Of a stretch of 64,000 nt of DNA, positions 29,201-38,001 are shown piece after piece. Under the pieces are notes generated by a model that worked only from the letters and a program-made list of their open reading frames with translations, ran no database searches and was not told where the DNA came from. Position 1 is the stretch's first letter. Each line of letters starts with the position of its first letter. A program made the translations under genes and the position numbers. Source of the DNA: Planctomycetota bacterium (GTDB lineage: Bacteria > Planctomycetota > B15-G4). The stretch lies in the NCBI GenBank assembly GCA_965248575.1, contig CBDFJQ010000002.1:1024001-1088000 (forward strand), given 5' to 3'.

Positions 29201-32048
29201 GCACAACCTCGACCACATCGACGTGCAAATCCCGCACGGGAAGTTGACGGTCATCACCGGCCCGTCGGGGTCGGGCAAGACGAGCCTCGCCTTCGACACC
29301 CTCTTCGCCGAGGGCCAACGCCGCTTCGTGGAGAGCCTGTCCACCTACGCGCGACGCTTCCTCGAGCGCATGCAGCGCCCGCCTGTCGAATCCATCGACG
29401 GCCTGGCGCCAGCCATCGCCATTGACCAGAAGACGGCGGGGCGCAACCCGCGCTCCACCGTGGCCACCTCGACGGAGATCCATGACTACCTGCGGTTGTT
29501 GTTCTCGCGGGTGGGAGTCGCCCACTGCTGGACCTGTGAGCGGGTCCTCCAGGGCTGGGCACCCACACAGGCGGCTGTCGACCTGGTCGCGCGCGCTGGG
29601 GGGCAGCGGGCCCGCATCAGCGCATCGCTCTACACCAAGCTGCACAAGCACCCCACGGCGCTCAGCAAGCCGGAGGAGGTCATGGAGTTGCGCGAGGAGC
29701 TTCTGGGCGATGGCTTCGCCCGGCTGCTCGTGAACGGTGAGGAGGTTCGTCTCGATGAGCTCAGCTCCACGGCATCAGCCAAGAGTGTCGAGCTGGTCAT
29801 CGACCGCATCAAGGTCGACGGCCGCAAGCGCACCCGCCTGGCCGAGGCCCTCGGTCTGGCCCAGCAGCGAGGTCTCGGGCTGGCGCACGTACACCTCGAA
29901 GACGGCAGCGTCGTCGACTATGAAGCCCGCCCAGGTTGCGCCCGCTGCGGCAACATGCTTCCGGCAGAAGGCCTGACTCCGCGCATGTTCTCCTTCAACA
30001 ACCACGCAGGTGCCTGCCCCGACTGTGAGGGCATGGGCCGCGTGCTCTCCTTGGACGTCGAGCGCCTCATCGACCGCCCGAACCGGCCGCTGCTCGAAGG
30101 CGCCATGACGTCCCGCGTGGGGCGGCACATCGGCCGCCGCGGTGGCTGGTACTCCCAGGCACTGAATCAGGTCGCGGAGCGCCATGGGGGCAATCTGGAA
30201 CGCCCCTGGTCCACCCTTTCACGCAGCGTGCAGAAGGCCGTCCTGAAAGGCACCGGGAACGACTCCACCATCGCGGTGCACTACGACAGCAGCTCGAGCG
30301 GCCGCAGCCGGCAGGTGGACTTCGAGGTCCAGTGGCAAGGCCTCATCCCGCTGGTCGAAGGCTGGTGGCGTGGCACGGAGAAGGAGGGCTGGTGGCGGGC
30401 CGCCCTCGAAGAACTCATGAGCGACGACGAGTGCCGCGGCTGTCAGGGTGGCCGCCTGCGCCCGGAATCCGCGGCGACGAAGGTCGGCGACATCGGCATC
30501 GCGGACCTGGCTCGCCAGACCGTCAGCGAAGCCCGCAGCACCATGCACGGCCTCAAGCTCAAGGGCAACGCGCGCACCATCGCGGAAGACATCCTGAACG
30601 AGATCCGCAACCGCCTCGACTTCCTGGTGAACGTCGGCCTCGGTTATCTCTCGCTCTCCAGACCGAGCTCGACCTTGTCGGGTGGCGAGGCCCAGCGCAT
30701 CCGGCTGGCCAGCCAACTGGGCAACCGCCTGGTGGGCGTGCTCTACGTCCTGGACGAACCCTCCATCGGCCTGCACCCCAGGGATCAAGCGCAGCTGCTC
30801 GGCACCCTCACCGAGCTTCGCGACCTGGGCAACACCATCGTGGTGGTCGAGCACGACGAGCAGACCATGGAGATGGCCGACCACATCATCGACCTCGGGC
30901 CAGGCGCCGGACGACACGGGGGCAAGGTGGTGGCGGCGGGCTCGCCGGACAAGATCCGCCGCAGCCGGCGCTCCCTGACGGGCCGCTATCTCTCCGGGCG
31001 CATGACGGTGCCTGTCCCTGCCGAGCGGCGCGAGGGGCAGGGCCAGCTCACCCTCAAAGGTGCCCGTCTGCACAACCTCCGCAAGCTCACGGCCCGCTTC
31101 CCGTTGCGCGTCCTGACGGTTGTCACGGGCGTCTCGGGTTCCGGCAAGTCCAGCCTCGTGAGTGGGCTGCTTGTGCCTGCGGTGCACGCCAAGCTGGAGG
31201 CCACTGGCGATGCGCCGAGCCAGATGGGGGAGCTGACCGGCGTGCGCCACAAGCTGGACAAGTTGCTCGTCATCGATCAGTCCCCCCTCGGCCGCTCACC
31301 CCATAGCAACGCAGCCACCTATAGCGGCGCCTTCGGCGAGATCCGGAATCTCTTCGCCGCAACCGCCGAATCCCGCATGCGCGGCTTCGGCCCAGGGCGC
31401 TTCAGCTGCAACGTGAAGGGCGGCCGCTGCGAGAGCTGCCAGGGCCGGGGAGTGGAGGTGGTCGAGATGCACTTCCTCTCCGATGTGTCCATCACCTGCG
31501 ACGCGTGCAATGGGCGCCGCTTTGGTCGTGAGACACTCGAGGTGCACTGGAAGGGGCACACGATCGCCGACGTCCTGGAAATGGACATCGACACCGCGCT
31601 CGAGGTTTTCGGCAGCCACAAGCGTATCCAGCGCCGGCTGTCCTACCTCTCACAGGTGGGGCTCGGCTATCTCAAGCTGGGCCAACCCGCAACGACGCTC
31701 TCGGGCGGGGAGGCCCAACGCGTGAAGCTCGCCTCGGAGCTGGCGCGCCCGGGCACGGGCAACTCCCTGGTCGTGCTCGATGAGCCCACCACGGGCCTGC
31801 ACGTCGACGACGTCGCCCGGCTCGTCAAGGTCTTGCAAGACATGGTGGACAGTGGCAATACCGTGATCGTCATCGAGCACAACCTCGATGTCATCAAGAA
31901 CGCAGATCACCTGATCGACATGGGCCCCGAAGGGGGCAAGGCAGGTGGTCGCATCGTGGTGGCGGGAACCCCCGAAGAGGTTGCCAGCCACCCCACATCG
32001 CATACGGGACGATTCCTCGCCCCGCTGTTGGAGAAGACCGGCGCATGA
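26280..32048 (+). CDS. uvrA: Double-length (tandem-fused) excinuclease ABC subunit A
   Basis: Two complete UvrA units; four Walker A motifs (GVSGSGKS x3, GPSGSGKT) and four LSGGEAQR..LDEP motifs; CxxC zinc motifs. Confidence 0.97.
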   Translation: MTLQDVVVRGAREHNLQGVDVTIPRLALTTITGVSGSGKSSLAFDTIYQEGQRRYVESLSSYARQFLGRMEKPKIDQIDGLSPTLLIDQKTVNRNPRSTVGTVTEIYDSLRLLFARLGIPHCAVCGAAVKAQPVDSIVETILARWPGERIALLAPIVRDRKGTYRRDLEGWRLKGYTRVWVDGVERRLDEEIELVRNERHTLELVVDRVRLEAERVGRLSEGVETACRLADGFVHVRVGKGEPTAFSTRNTCPEGHGDFPELEPRLFSFNSPHGACPACEGLGKRRQPDPDLLIADAGLSIRDGALRVSNKTGYMSYVRLGPKSLDAVAAAFDIDLDVPWKKLPKRAKRVMLHGSGEREVTLEWDWKSRDGNKTVHGSDTKPFEGLLPAIERHVGLPGFRQVERFLATRICDDCEGTRLGPSPRAVTFHDLRLDELTALTVSEARKFFQSLSFSEREKLVGKPILAEITKRLSFLDEVGLEYLSLDRSSRTLSGGEAQRVRLATQVGSGLQGVLYVLDEPSIGLHARDNQRLIATLHALRDRGNTVLVVEHDEETILASDHIIDIGPGAGRLGGHVLSEGTAAEVLRGTQTLTTDYLTGRRGIDLPQQRRTGNGEQLSILGASARNLVDLDVSFPLGCLIAVTGVSGSGKSTLVDHVLRRSLARTLHRAEKVPGEHREIRGIEQVDKIIEIDQQPIGRTPRSNPATYTGVMDLIRDVFANTPEAKVRGYAKGRFSFNVKGGRCESCEGAGVNTIEMQFLPDVQVPCEVCNRRRYNSETLEIQYRGQAIDQILDMTVDEGLEFFAHHRKTGRILQTLHDVGLGYVSLGQPSTTLSGGEAQRMKLASELCRPATGSTLYVLDEPTTGLHFEDIRVLVAALQRLVDAGNTLIVVEHNLDVIKVADHVIDLGPEGGTGGGEIVAQGTPEEVAAVQASHTGRALAPLLKPRKVHMPKAVTKKRKATAVPRALTVKGASLHNLDHIDVQIPHGKLTVITGPSGSGKTSLAFDTLFAEGQRRFVESLSTYARRFLERMQRPPVESIDGLAPAIAIDQKTAGRNPRSTVATSTEIHDYLRLLFSRVGVAHCWTCERVLQGWAPTQAAVDLVARAGGQRARISASLYTKLHKHPTALSKPEEVMELREELLGDGFARLLVNGEEVRLDELSSTASAKSVELVIDRIKVDGRKRTRLAEALGLAQQRGLGLAHVHLEDGSVVDYEARPGCARCGNMLPAEGLTPRMFSFNNHAGACPDCEGMGRVLSLDVERLIDRPNRPLLEGAMTSRVGRHIGRRGGWYSQALNQVAERHGGNLERPWSTLSRSVQKAVLKGTGNDSTIAVHYDSSSSGRSRQVDFEVQWQGLIPLVEGWWRGTEKEGWWRAALEELMSDDECRGCQGGRLRPESAATKVGDIGIADLARQTVSEARSTMHGLKLKGNARTIAEDILNEIRNRLDFLVNVGLGYLSLSRPSSTLSGGEAQRIRLASQLGNRLVGVLYVLDEPSIGLHPRDQAQLLGTLTELRDLGNTIVVVEHDEQTMEMADHIIDLGPGAGRHGGKVVAAGSPDKIRRSRRSLTGRYLSGRMTVPVPAERREGQGQLTLKGARLHNLRKLTARFPLRVLTVVTGVSGSGKSSLVSGLLVPAVHAKLEATGDAPSQMGELTGVRHKLDKLLVIDQSPLGRSPHSNAATYSGAFGEIRNLFAATAESRMRGFGPGRFSCNVKGGRCESCQGRGVEVVEMHFLSDVSITCDACNGRRFGRETLEVHWKGHTIADVLEMDIDTALEVFGSHKRIQRRLSYLSQVGLGYLKLGQPATTLSGGEAQRVKLASELARPGTGNSLVVLDEPTTGLHVDDVARLVKVLQDMVDSGNTVIVIEHNLDVIKNADHLIDMGPEGGKAGGRIVVAGTPEEVASHPTSHTGRFLAPLLEKTGA

Positions 32049-33718
32049 GTCCCGACCTGCCGCTCACCGTTCAGGGCGACAAGACCATCCTCGCGGAGGT
32101 CCACACCGAAGGCTTCTCCGAAGCACGCGACTTCCTCCCGCTGTTCGCGGAGCTTGAGAAGAGCCCTGAACACATCCACACCTACCGCATCACCTCGCTT
32201 TCCATCTGGAATGCTGCGGCAGCGGGCCTCAGCGCGGAAGACATCCTCACCTTCCTGAAAGCCCAGTCGCGCTACCCCATCCCCCCGAACGTCAAGGTCG
32301 ACATCGAGGAGAACATCCGGCGCTTCGGGCTGCTGCGCTTGGAGCGCGTGGATGGCGTGCTGGCCCTCACCTCGGCAGACGAGGTGCTGCTGAAGCACAT
32401 CCGCAAGACCGCAAGCCTCAAGCAGTTCTTCGAGGCAGGAGGCTCGACAACCGTGCTACCCGTCGTGGAGGCCATGCGTGGCGACGTGAAGCAGGCGTTG
32501 ATCCGCATCGGGTATCCCGTCGAGGATCTGGCCGGATACACCCCGGGCGCCAAGCTGGAGTTCAGCCTGCGCGACACATCCGGACGCACCGGAGAGGACT
32601 TCGGGCTGCGCGCCTACCAGCAAGAGGCGGCGACCATCTTCCATGCAGGCGGCACGGAAAAGGGCGGCAGCGGCGTCGTCGTCCTGCCCTGCGGCGCCGG
32701 CAAGACCGTGGTGGGCATCGGCTGCCTGCACAAACTGCAGACCCAGTGCCTAATCCTGACCACCAACACCATCGCCGTCCGCCAATGGCGCGACGAGCTG
32801 TTGGACAAGACGACCCTGACGGAAGAGGAGGTAGGTGAGTACACCGGCGACAACAAGCACATCGCTCCCATCACCATCTCGACCTATCAGATGATCACCT
32901 ACCGGCGTCGCAAGAGCGGGGAGTTCACGCACTTCCAGTTGTTCGGCGCCCGGGACTGGGGCCTGGTCATCTACGATGAGGTGCACCTCCTACCAGCCCC
33001 CGTTTTCCGTGTCACGGCCGAGATCCAGGCACGACGACGCCTGGGGCTCACAGCGACCCTCGTACGCGAAGATGGACGCGAGGACGAGGTGTTCTCACTC
33101 ATCGGCCCCAAGAAGTACGACGTGCCCTGGAAGATCCTGGAGCGCCAGGGATGGATCGCGGACGCCCACTGCGTGGAAGTGCGCATCCCGCTCATGCCCT
33201 CGGCCACCTTCGACTACCAGACAGCCGGCAGTCGCGACCAGTTCAGGATCGCCTCGGAGAACCCTGACAAGCTGCCGGTGGTGCAGCGGCTCGCGGCCCG
33301 ACACAGCGAGGACCGGGTGCTGATCATCGGCCAGTACCTCGACCAGCTGGACCATCTCGCGGAAGCCATGCAGGCTCCTGTGATCACCGGACGCACTCCG
33401 AACAAGGAGCGTGCCGAGCTCTACGAGCGATTCCGGAACGGGGACCTGCATCTCCTGATCGTTTCCAAGGTGGGAAACTTCGCCGTGGACCTCCCAGACG
33501 CCAATGTGGCCATCCAGGTCTCAGGCACCTTTGGTTCCCGACAGGAGGAAGCCCAGCGCCTGGGCCGCATCCTGCGCCCGAAGAGTGACCGGCGACCGGC
33601 CGTTTTCTACTCGGTGGTGACGCGCGACAGCCGTGAGGAGCACTTCGCCAACAACCGCCAGCTGTTTCTGACGGAGCAGGGTTACACCTACGAGATCCTG
33701 GACGTCTCCGAGGTCTGA
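32045..33718 (+). CDS. xpb: Bacterial XPB/Ssl2/Rad25-like SF2 DNA helicase
   Basis: AELEKSPEHIHTYRIT N-domain, LPCGAGKT, DEVH, TATLVRED (RED motif), QRLGRILR. Confidence 0.95.
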   Translation: MSPDLPLTVQGDKTILAEVHTEGFSEARDFLPLFAELEKSPEHIHTYRITSLSIWNAAAAGLSAEDILTFLKAQSRYPIPPNVKVDIEENIRRFGLLRLERVDGVLALTSADEVLLKHIRKTASLKQFFEAGGSTTVLPVVEAMRGDVKQALIRIGYPVEDLAGYTPGAKLEFSLRDTSGRTGEDFGLRAYQQEAATIFHAGGTEKGGSGVVVLPCGAGKTVVGIGCLHKLQTQCLILTTNTIAVRQWRDELLDKTTLTEEEVGEYTGDNKHIAPITISTYQMITYRRRKSGEFTHFQLFGARDWGLVIYDEVHLLPAPVFRVTAEIQARRRLGLTATLVREDGREDEVFSLIGPKKYDVPWKILERQGWIADAHCVEVRIPLMPSATFDYQTAGSRDQFRIASENPDKLPVVQRLAARHSEDRVLIIGQYLDQLDHLAEAMQAPVITGRTPNKERAELYERFRNGDLHLLIVSKVGNFAVDLPDANVAIQVSGTFGSRQEEAQRLGRILRPKSDRRPAVFYSVVTRDSREEHFANNRQLFLTEQGYTYEILDVSEV

Positions 33719-33861
33719 GGCGGCGTCCCTTGCTGCTTCCCTCCTTTCAAGGGGTGCCCCCAGGGACCCTGCGCGGGTCGCACGAAGGGGGCCCCAGAGG
33801 GGCTCGCACGGACAGGGGATCCTGCGGTACAGTGGACGACTTCGTTATCAGGGTCCTAATT

Positions 33862-35997
33862 GTGCCTGATCAGACCGACTCCAACGCCCGCAGGTCCTCC
33901 CGAGGCGTCGCCCTCGAGGTGGCGCTTGAGCACAAGGACGAGCGCGAACTCGACGAGCTGCTCTCCTTCTGGGACGGCCGGAGCTCCGTGCCCTCCGGCG
34001 ACCGGGCGATCCCGGAGCTGCGCCGGCGGATGTCGAACGAGAAGACCGTCCGCAAGCGGATGAAGTTCCTGAGCAAGAAGCTCGTCGACCTGCTGAAGTT
34101 CTTCCTGAGAGGTGACGGCTATCGCTCCGAGCTGGCCCACGTCACCGGCAGCCAGGCGTTCTCCTATCTCTCGCCCTTCGAGTTGAAGGCCGCAGTCAAC
34201 GCGCTCATCAAGCGCGGCTTCCTGTTCCACGCCAATGGGCACAAGCGCGACAACGGCACGTCGCGCTCAGGGAAGGAAAATGGGAAGTCATCCGAAGACA
34301 CCTTCCTGGTTCCCTGTGAGCTGGGCGACGTCCTGCAGGCCTTCATCTGGGACGACGACCGAACAGTCGAGGAGACCTTCTCCCTCAAGGGGCAGCTGGC
34401 CCGACTCGTGGACCGCCGCGACCTGGATTCGCTCGTGCAGCGCTTCGTTCCAGATGCCAAGGGTGCCGAGAGCCACACGCACGCGGCACAACTCCTGAGC
34501 CAGAACCAGACGGTCAGCGAACGCCTGGCAAAGATCCCCGAAAAGCACCACCCGCTGCTCAAGCTGGTCGTCGGTACCTACGGCGGCATCACTCCACGCA
34601 CCGTGCTCCAGAAGAAGCACAAGGGCCTCGCTCGCTGGAATCGCAAGGAGCTGCAGGACCTGCTGGAGGGCCAACTGCTCGGCACCGTGCGTCACGTCAG
34701 CCTGGGTGAGTTCGGGATCCACCAGTTCGACGAGGCCGTCGTGGTCTATGTCGAGCTGCTCAAGCCGCTGCGCGAGCTGCTGACCGAGACTCCACCGACA
34801 GTCGACCTCGTTCGCAGCCTCGGCGTGGACCTGATCTCAGACGTCTCGGCCTTCCTCAGCTACATCGAGCACAATCCCATCAAGCTCACGTTGTCGGGCA
34901 AGGTCTATCGCACCGCGGTGCGCAAGCTCGAGGACTCGTTCATCCTGGCGAGCACTTCAGGCTTCCCCGGTGACTGGTTGTTTCAGTACCTCTTCGACTT
35001 CTGCAACAGCCAGTCCATGATCCAGCGCGGCGACGACCGCAGCGTCAGCCTCACCATCAAGGGCCGCAGCTGGGACCGCACGCCCCTTGACCAGAAGCTG
35101 TCCCGGTTGCTGAAATTCTCCTGCGGCAACTGGACCACGACGGAGGAGCCCTTTCACGGGGTTCAGCTGCTCGATCTCTACCTCGATGCCATCCGGGAGC
35201 TGCCGATCGGGCAGTGGGTGGACATCAACGCGCCGTCCTTCGACGCGCGCAGCCACTACCTGGCCAACCTGGACAACTTTGGCGTCCGAGACCGTTTCCA
35301 GAGCCGGTTCCAGTTCGCGCAGCAGTCGGGCATGCGCGACCCCCATCAGCTGGCCCAGGAACTGAGCGGCTGGGCACGCAAGCGCCTGTTCCTGTTCGGC
35401 ATGCTCGACCTGGGTGAGTTCGAGGGCAGGCCGGCAGCCATCCGCTTGACCCCACTCGGCGCGAAGGCCCTGGGGCTTGAGGTCAAGGAGGCCGATGAGA
35501 GCTCCGCGCCACTCATCGTGAACCCGGACTTCGAGGTCATCCTGTTTCCGGACAGCTCCAGCTACGACGTGATCACCGAGCTGGATCGTTTCGCCGAACG
35601 GGTGGCCAGTGACTCGGCCTATCGCTACCGACTGACCGCGGCCTCCATCGAGAAGGCCGTTGCCGAAGGCATGGAGCCGTCCTCGATCCTCAAGACGCTC
35701 AGCGAACACAGCCGCGTCGACGTGCCGCAGAACGTCATCTATTCCATCGGGCAGTGGGCGGGCAAGGTCAAGTTCGTCCGACAGACCACCGTAAGCCTGG
35801 TGCGTGGCAGGAACAAAGAGGTCATCGACAGGATCCTGCACAACGAGGCCTTGAAGGCGCACGTCCTGGAGCGACTCTCACCGACGGCAGTCCTGCTGTC
35901 CCGTAGCTTGCCGAGGGCAGAATTCGGAGCCTTGCTCGAGCCCCTCGGCATCTTCCTTGAGGAGCTGGAAGAGGGCTCCGAAGGCAGCAATGAATGA
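33862..35997 (+). CDS. XPB-associated protein with C-terminal Helicase_C_3 domain (p52/Tfb2-like); start uncertain
   Basis: LIVNPDFEVIL..LDRFAE..YRLTAASIEKAVAEG..ILKTLSEHS..VPQNVIYSIGQW, homologous to the XPB N-domain; no ATPase motifs. Confidence 0.85.
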   Translation: MPDQTDSNARRSSRGVALEVALEHKDERELDELLSFWDGRSSVPSGDRAIPELRRRMSNEKTVRKRMKFLSKKLVDLLKFFLRGDGYRSELAHVTGSQAFSYLSPFELKAAVNALIKRGFLFHANGHKRDNGTSRSGKENGKSSEDTFLVPCELGDVLQAFIWDDDRTVEETFSLKGQLARLVDRRDLDSLVQRFVPDAKGAESHTHAAQLLSQNQTVSERLAKIPEKHHPLLKLVVGTYGGITPRTVLQKKHKGLARWNRKELQDLLEGQLLGTVRHVSLGEFGIHQFDEAVVVYVELLKPLRELLTETPPTVDLVRSLGVDLISDVSAFLSYIEHNPIKLTLSGKVYRTAVRKLEDSFILASTSGFPGDWLFQYLFDFCNSQSMIQRGDDRSVSLTIKGRSWDRTPLDQKLSRLLKFSCGNWTTTEEPFHGVQLLDLYLDAIRELPIGQWVDINAPSFDARSHYLANLDNFGVRDRFQSRFQFAQQSGMRDPHQLAQELSGWARKRLFLFGMLDLGEFEGRPAAIRLTPLGAKALGLEVKEADESSAPLIVNPDFEVILFPDSSSYDVITELDRFAERVASDSAYRYRLTAASIEKAVAEGMEPSSILKTLSEHSRVDVPQNVIYSIGQWAGKVKFVRQTTVSLVRGRNKEVIDRILHNEALKAHVLERLSPTAVLLSRSLPRAEFGALLEPLGIFLEELEEGSEGSNE

Positions 35998-36649
35998 CGA
36001 GCGCCTAGGCGCACTGCGCCTCGTGTTCGTCACCCCCGGCTGCCTCCCGGTGGCTGAAACCGCCGCACGGATCGAAGCTGTCCTTGAGGGGGGCGTGACG
36101 ACGGTCCTTCTGCGCGAGCCGCAGCTCGAGGACGCTGAACGACGCCGCTTCGCCAAGCACGCGGTGAACGCCTGCCACGCAGCGGGAGCGCTGTGCCTGG
36201 TGAGTCGCGACCTGGAGCTGGCTGGAGAGTGCGACGCGGACGGCGTGCATCTGGGCTGGGGAGGTCCCTCCGTCGAGCAAGCCCGGAGCCAACTCGCAGG
36301 GCGGCTCGTCGGCCGCTCTGCCCACTGGCCCCTCGTCGACGAAGACCTGCTCGCGGACTACGTGACGCTCAGTCCCTTTCACAGCACACCCAGGAGCCAC
36401 CCACGCACCCTGCTTTCGGTCGAGCAGGTGGCAGCCGCTGTGGATCGCCTCGCACCCCGTCCGGTGCTCGCCCTGGGCGGCATGACGGCCGCTCGCATCC
36501 CGGACCTTCCCGCGGGAATTCGTGGCGTGGCCGTGATCCGCGCCCTCTCGGAAGCCCCCGATCCACGCGCAAGTGCCGCCGTGCTGCGCTCGCTCATGGA
36601 TGCCCAGCTCGACTTCGGCATGGGCCAGGGGGCGGCTCATGGCCTTTGA
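35990..36649 (+). CDS. Thiamine phosphate synthase (ThiE/TenI)-like TIM-barrel protein with degenerate active site
   Basis: ADGVHLG, GRSAH, DYVTLSP, LALGG, GVAVIRAL; adjacent to thiL. Confidence 0.8.
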   Translation: MNDERLGALRLVFVTPGCLPVAETAARIEAVLEGGVTTVLLREPQLEDAERRRFAKHAVNACHAAGALCLVSRDLELAGECDADGVHLGWGGPSVEQARSQLAGRLVGRSAHWPLVDEDLLADYVTLSPFHSTPRSHPRTLLSVEQVAAAVDRLAPRPVLALGGMTAARIPDLPAGIRGVAVIRALSEAPDPRASAAVLRSLMDAQLDFGMGQGAAHGL

Positions 36650-37532
36650 CGAACAGCAGTTCATCGCCTGGGTAACAGGTGAAGCGGGCGAGGAAGCCGA
36701 CCGCTCCGGTCTTCGGGAGCAACGGCTCGCCGTAGGCCCCGGCGATGATGGGGCGGTCCTGATCGACGGCACCGTCGTGGCCTTGGACAGCTTCGTTGAA
36801 GGGGTGCACTTCGATCCCGGAACTCCCGCCGAACTCCTCGCGCGCAAGGCCTTGGGGGCCTGCCTGTCGGACCTGTGCGCCATGGGTGCGGAAGCGGAGG
36901 CCGTCTTCCTCTCGGCCCAGCTGAGCCCCGGCTGCGACGGCGAGGCGCTGGCAGCGGCCCTGGTGCGCTGGAGTCGGGCCTTCGGTGTGGCTCTTGCGGG
37001 CGGAGACACCGTGCGCACGTCGCCAGGGAGCCTCGCGCTCTCCGTGACCGCCATCGGTCGCTGCGGCCAGGGACACGCACCGTGGCTCCGCTCTGGCGGT
37101 CAGGTGGGGGACCAGCTGGTGGTCAGCGGCCCGCTGGGGGGCTCCCGGTCCGGGCGCCATCTGAGGGTGAAACCCCGCCAGGATCTGGTCCGCAGGGCAC
37201 GCGAAGAGTCGCTGCCCGTGCATGCTTGCATGGACCTCTCCGATGGGCTCGGGACCGACCTGCCCCGGCTCTGCAAGGCGTCGGGCCTCGGCGCTGTGAT
37301 CATCGCCGATCGACTACCCATCCACCCCGACGTGGACCGGCAGCGGGACACCACCCTGGCTGCGCTGGGCGACGGCGAGGACTTTGAACTGCTCTTTGCC
37401 CTGCCACCTTCCGTAGCCCTTCCCGCAGGCTGTACAAAGGTGGGGAGCCTGCGGCAGCAGAGTCTGATCGAGTTGGAGTCCGCGGGAAAACGGCAGCCTT
37501 GGCCGGAGGCAGGTCATGTTCACCGGTTCTGA
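36639..37532 (+). CDS. thiL: Thiamine-monophosphate kinase
   Basis: GPGDDGAV, EGVHF, SDLCAMGA, GGDT, MDLSDG, GEDFELLF. Confidence 0.93.
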   Translation: MAFDEQQFIAWVTGEAGEEADRSGLREQRLAVGPGDDGAVLIDGTVVALDSFVEGVHFDPGTPAELLARKALGACLSDLCAMGAEAEAVFLSAQLSPGCDGEALAAALVRWSRAFGVALAGGDTVRTSPGSLALSVTAIGRCGQGHAPWLRSGGQVGDQLVVSGPLGGSRSGRHLRVKPRQDLVRRAREESLPVHACMDLSDGLGTDLPRLCKASGLGAVIIADRLPIHPDVDRQRDTTLAALGDGEDFELLFALPPSVALPAGCTKVGSLRQQSLIELESAGKRQPWPEAGHVHRF

Positions 37533-38001
37533 GTCACTCCCAGATGTCGCTGCCACCCACGCCTTGGCGGCGCGCGTGGCCGCTGGCCTGCAACCCGGGT
37601 CCGTCGTGGGGCTGATGGGAGAGCTGGGCGCTGGGAAGACGGAATTCACGCGGGGCCTCGTGCAGGCGCTGGAGGGGCCCGCGGGCTCGGACGTCTGTTC
37701 CCCGTCCTACCTTCTGCTGAACCTCTACGAGGGGGGGCGGTTGCCCGTGGCCCACTTCGACGCCTACTTCATGGACGGTGCCGACGACCTCGAACGGGCG
37801 GGCTTGGCCGACCTTCGCCGGGACGGATACGTCGTAGTCGTGGAGTGGGCCGACCGGGTGCCCGAGGCCTTGCCCAGCGAGACCCAATGGATCGAGCTGA
37901 GTCCCGAGGACGGCCTCAACGACGGGGCCGTGCCTGCCCCGACCGGCAATGGACGCCGCGCCGAGCTGGGCGTCCCCCCAGCTGCGGGCGGAACCCCGTG
38001 A
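37516..38001 (+). CDS. tsaE: t6A biosynthesis ATPase TsaE
   Basis: GELGAGKT, SPSY, HFDAY, VEWA. Confidence 0.92.
   Translation: MFTGSESLPDVAATHALAARVAAGLQPGSVVGLMGELGAGKTEFTRGLVQALEGPAGSDVCSPSYLLLNLYEGGRLPVAHFDAYFMDGADDLERAGLADLRRDGYVVVVEWADRVPEALPSETQWIELSPEDGLNDGAVPAPTGNGRRAELGVPPAAGGTP

Noticed and set aside
33719..33861. TCGCACG direct repeat upstream of the XPB partner as an SOS-like operator
   Set aside because: Only 7 bp and not seen upstream of dinB or ruvB
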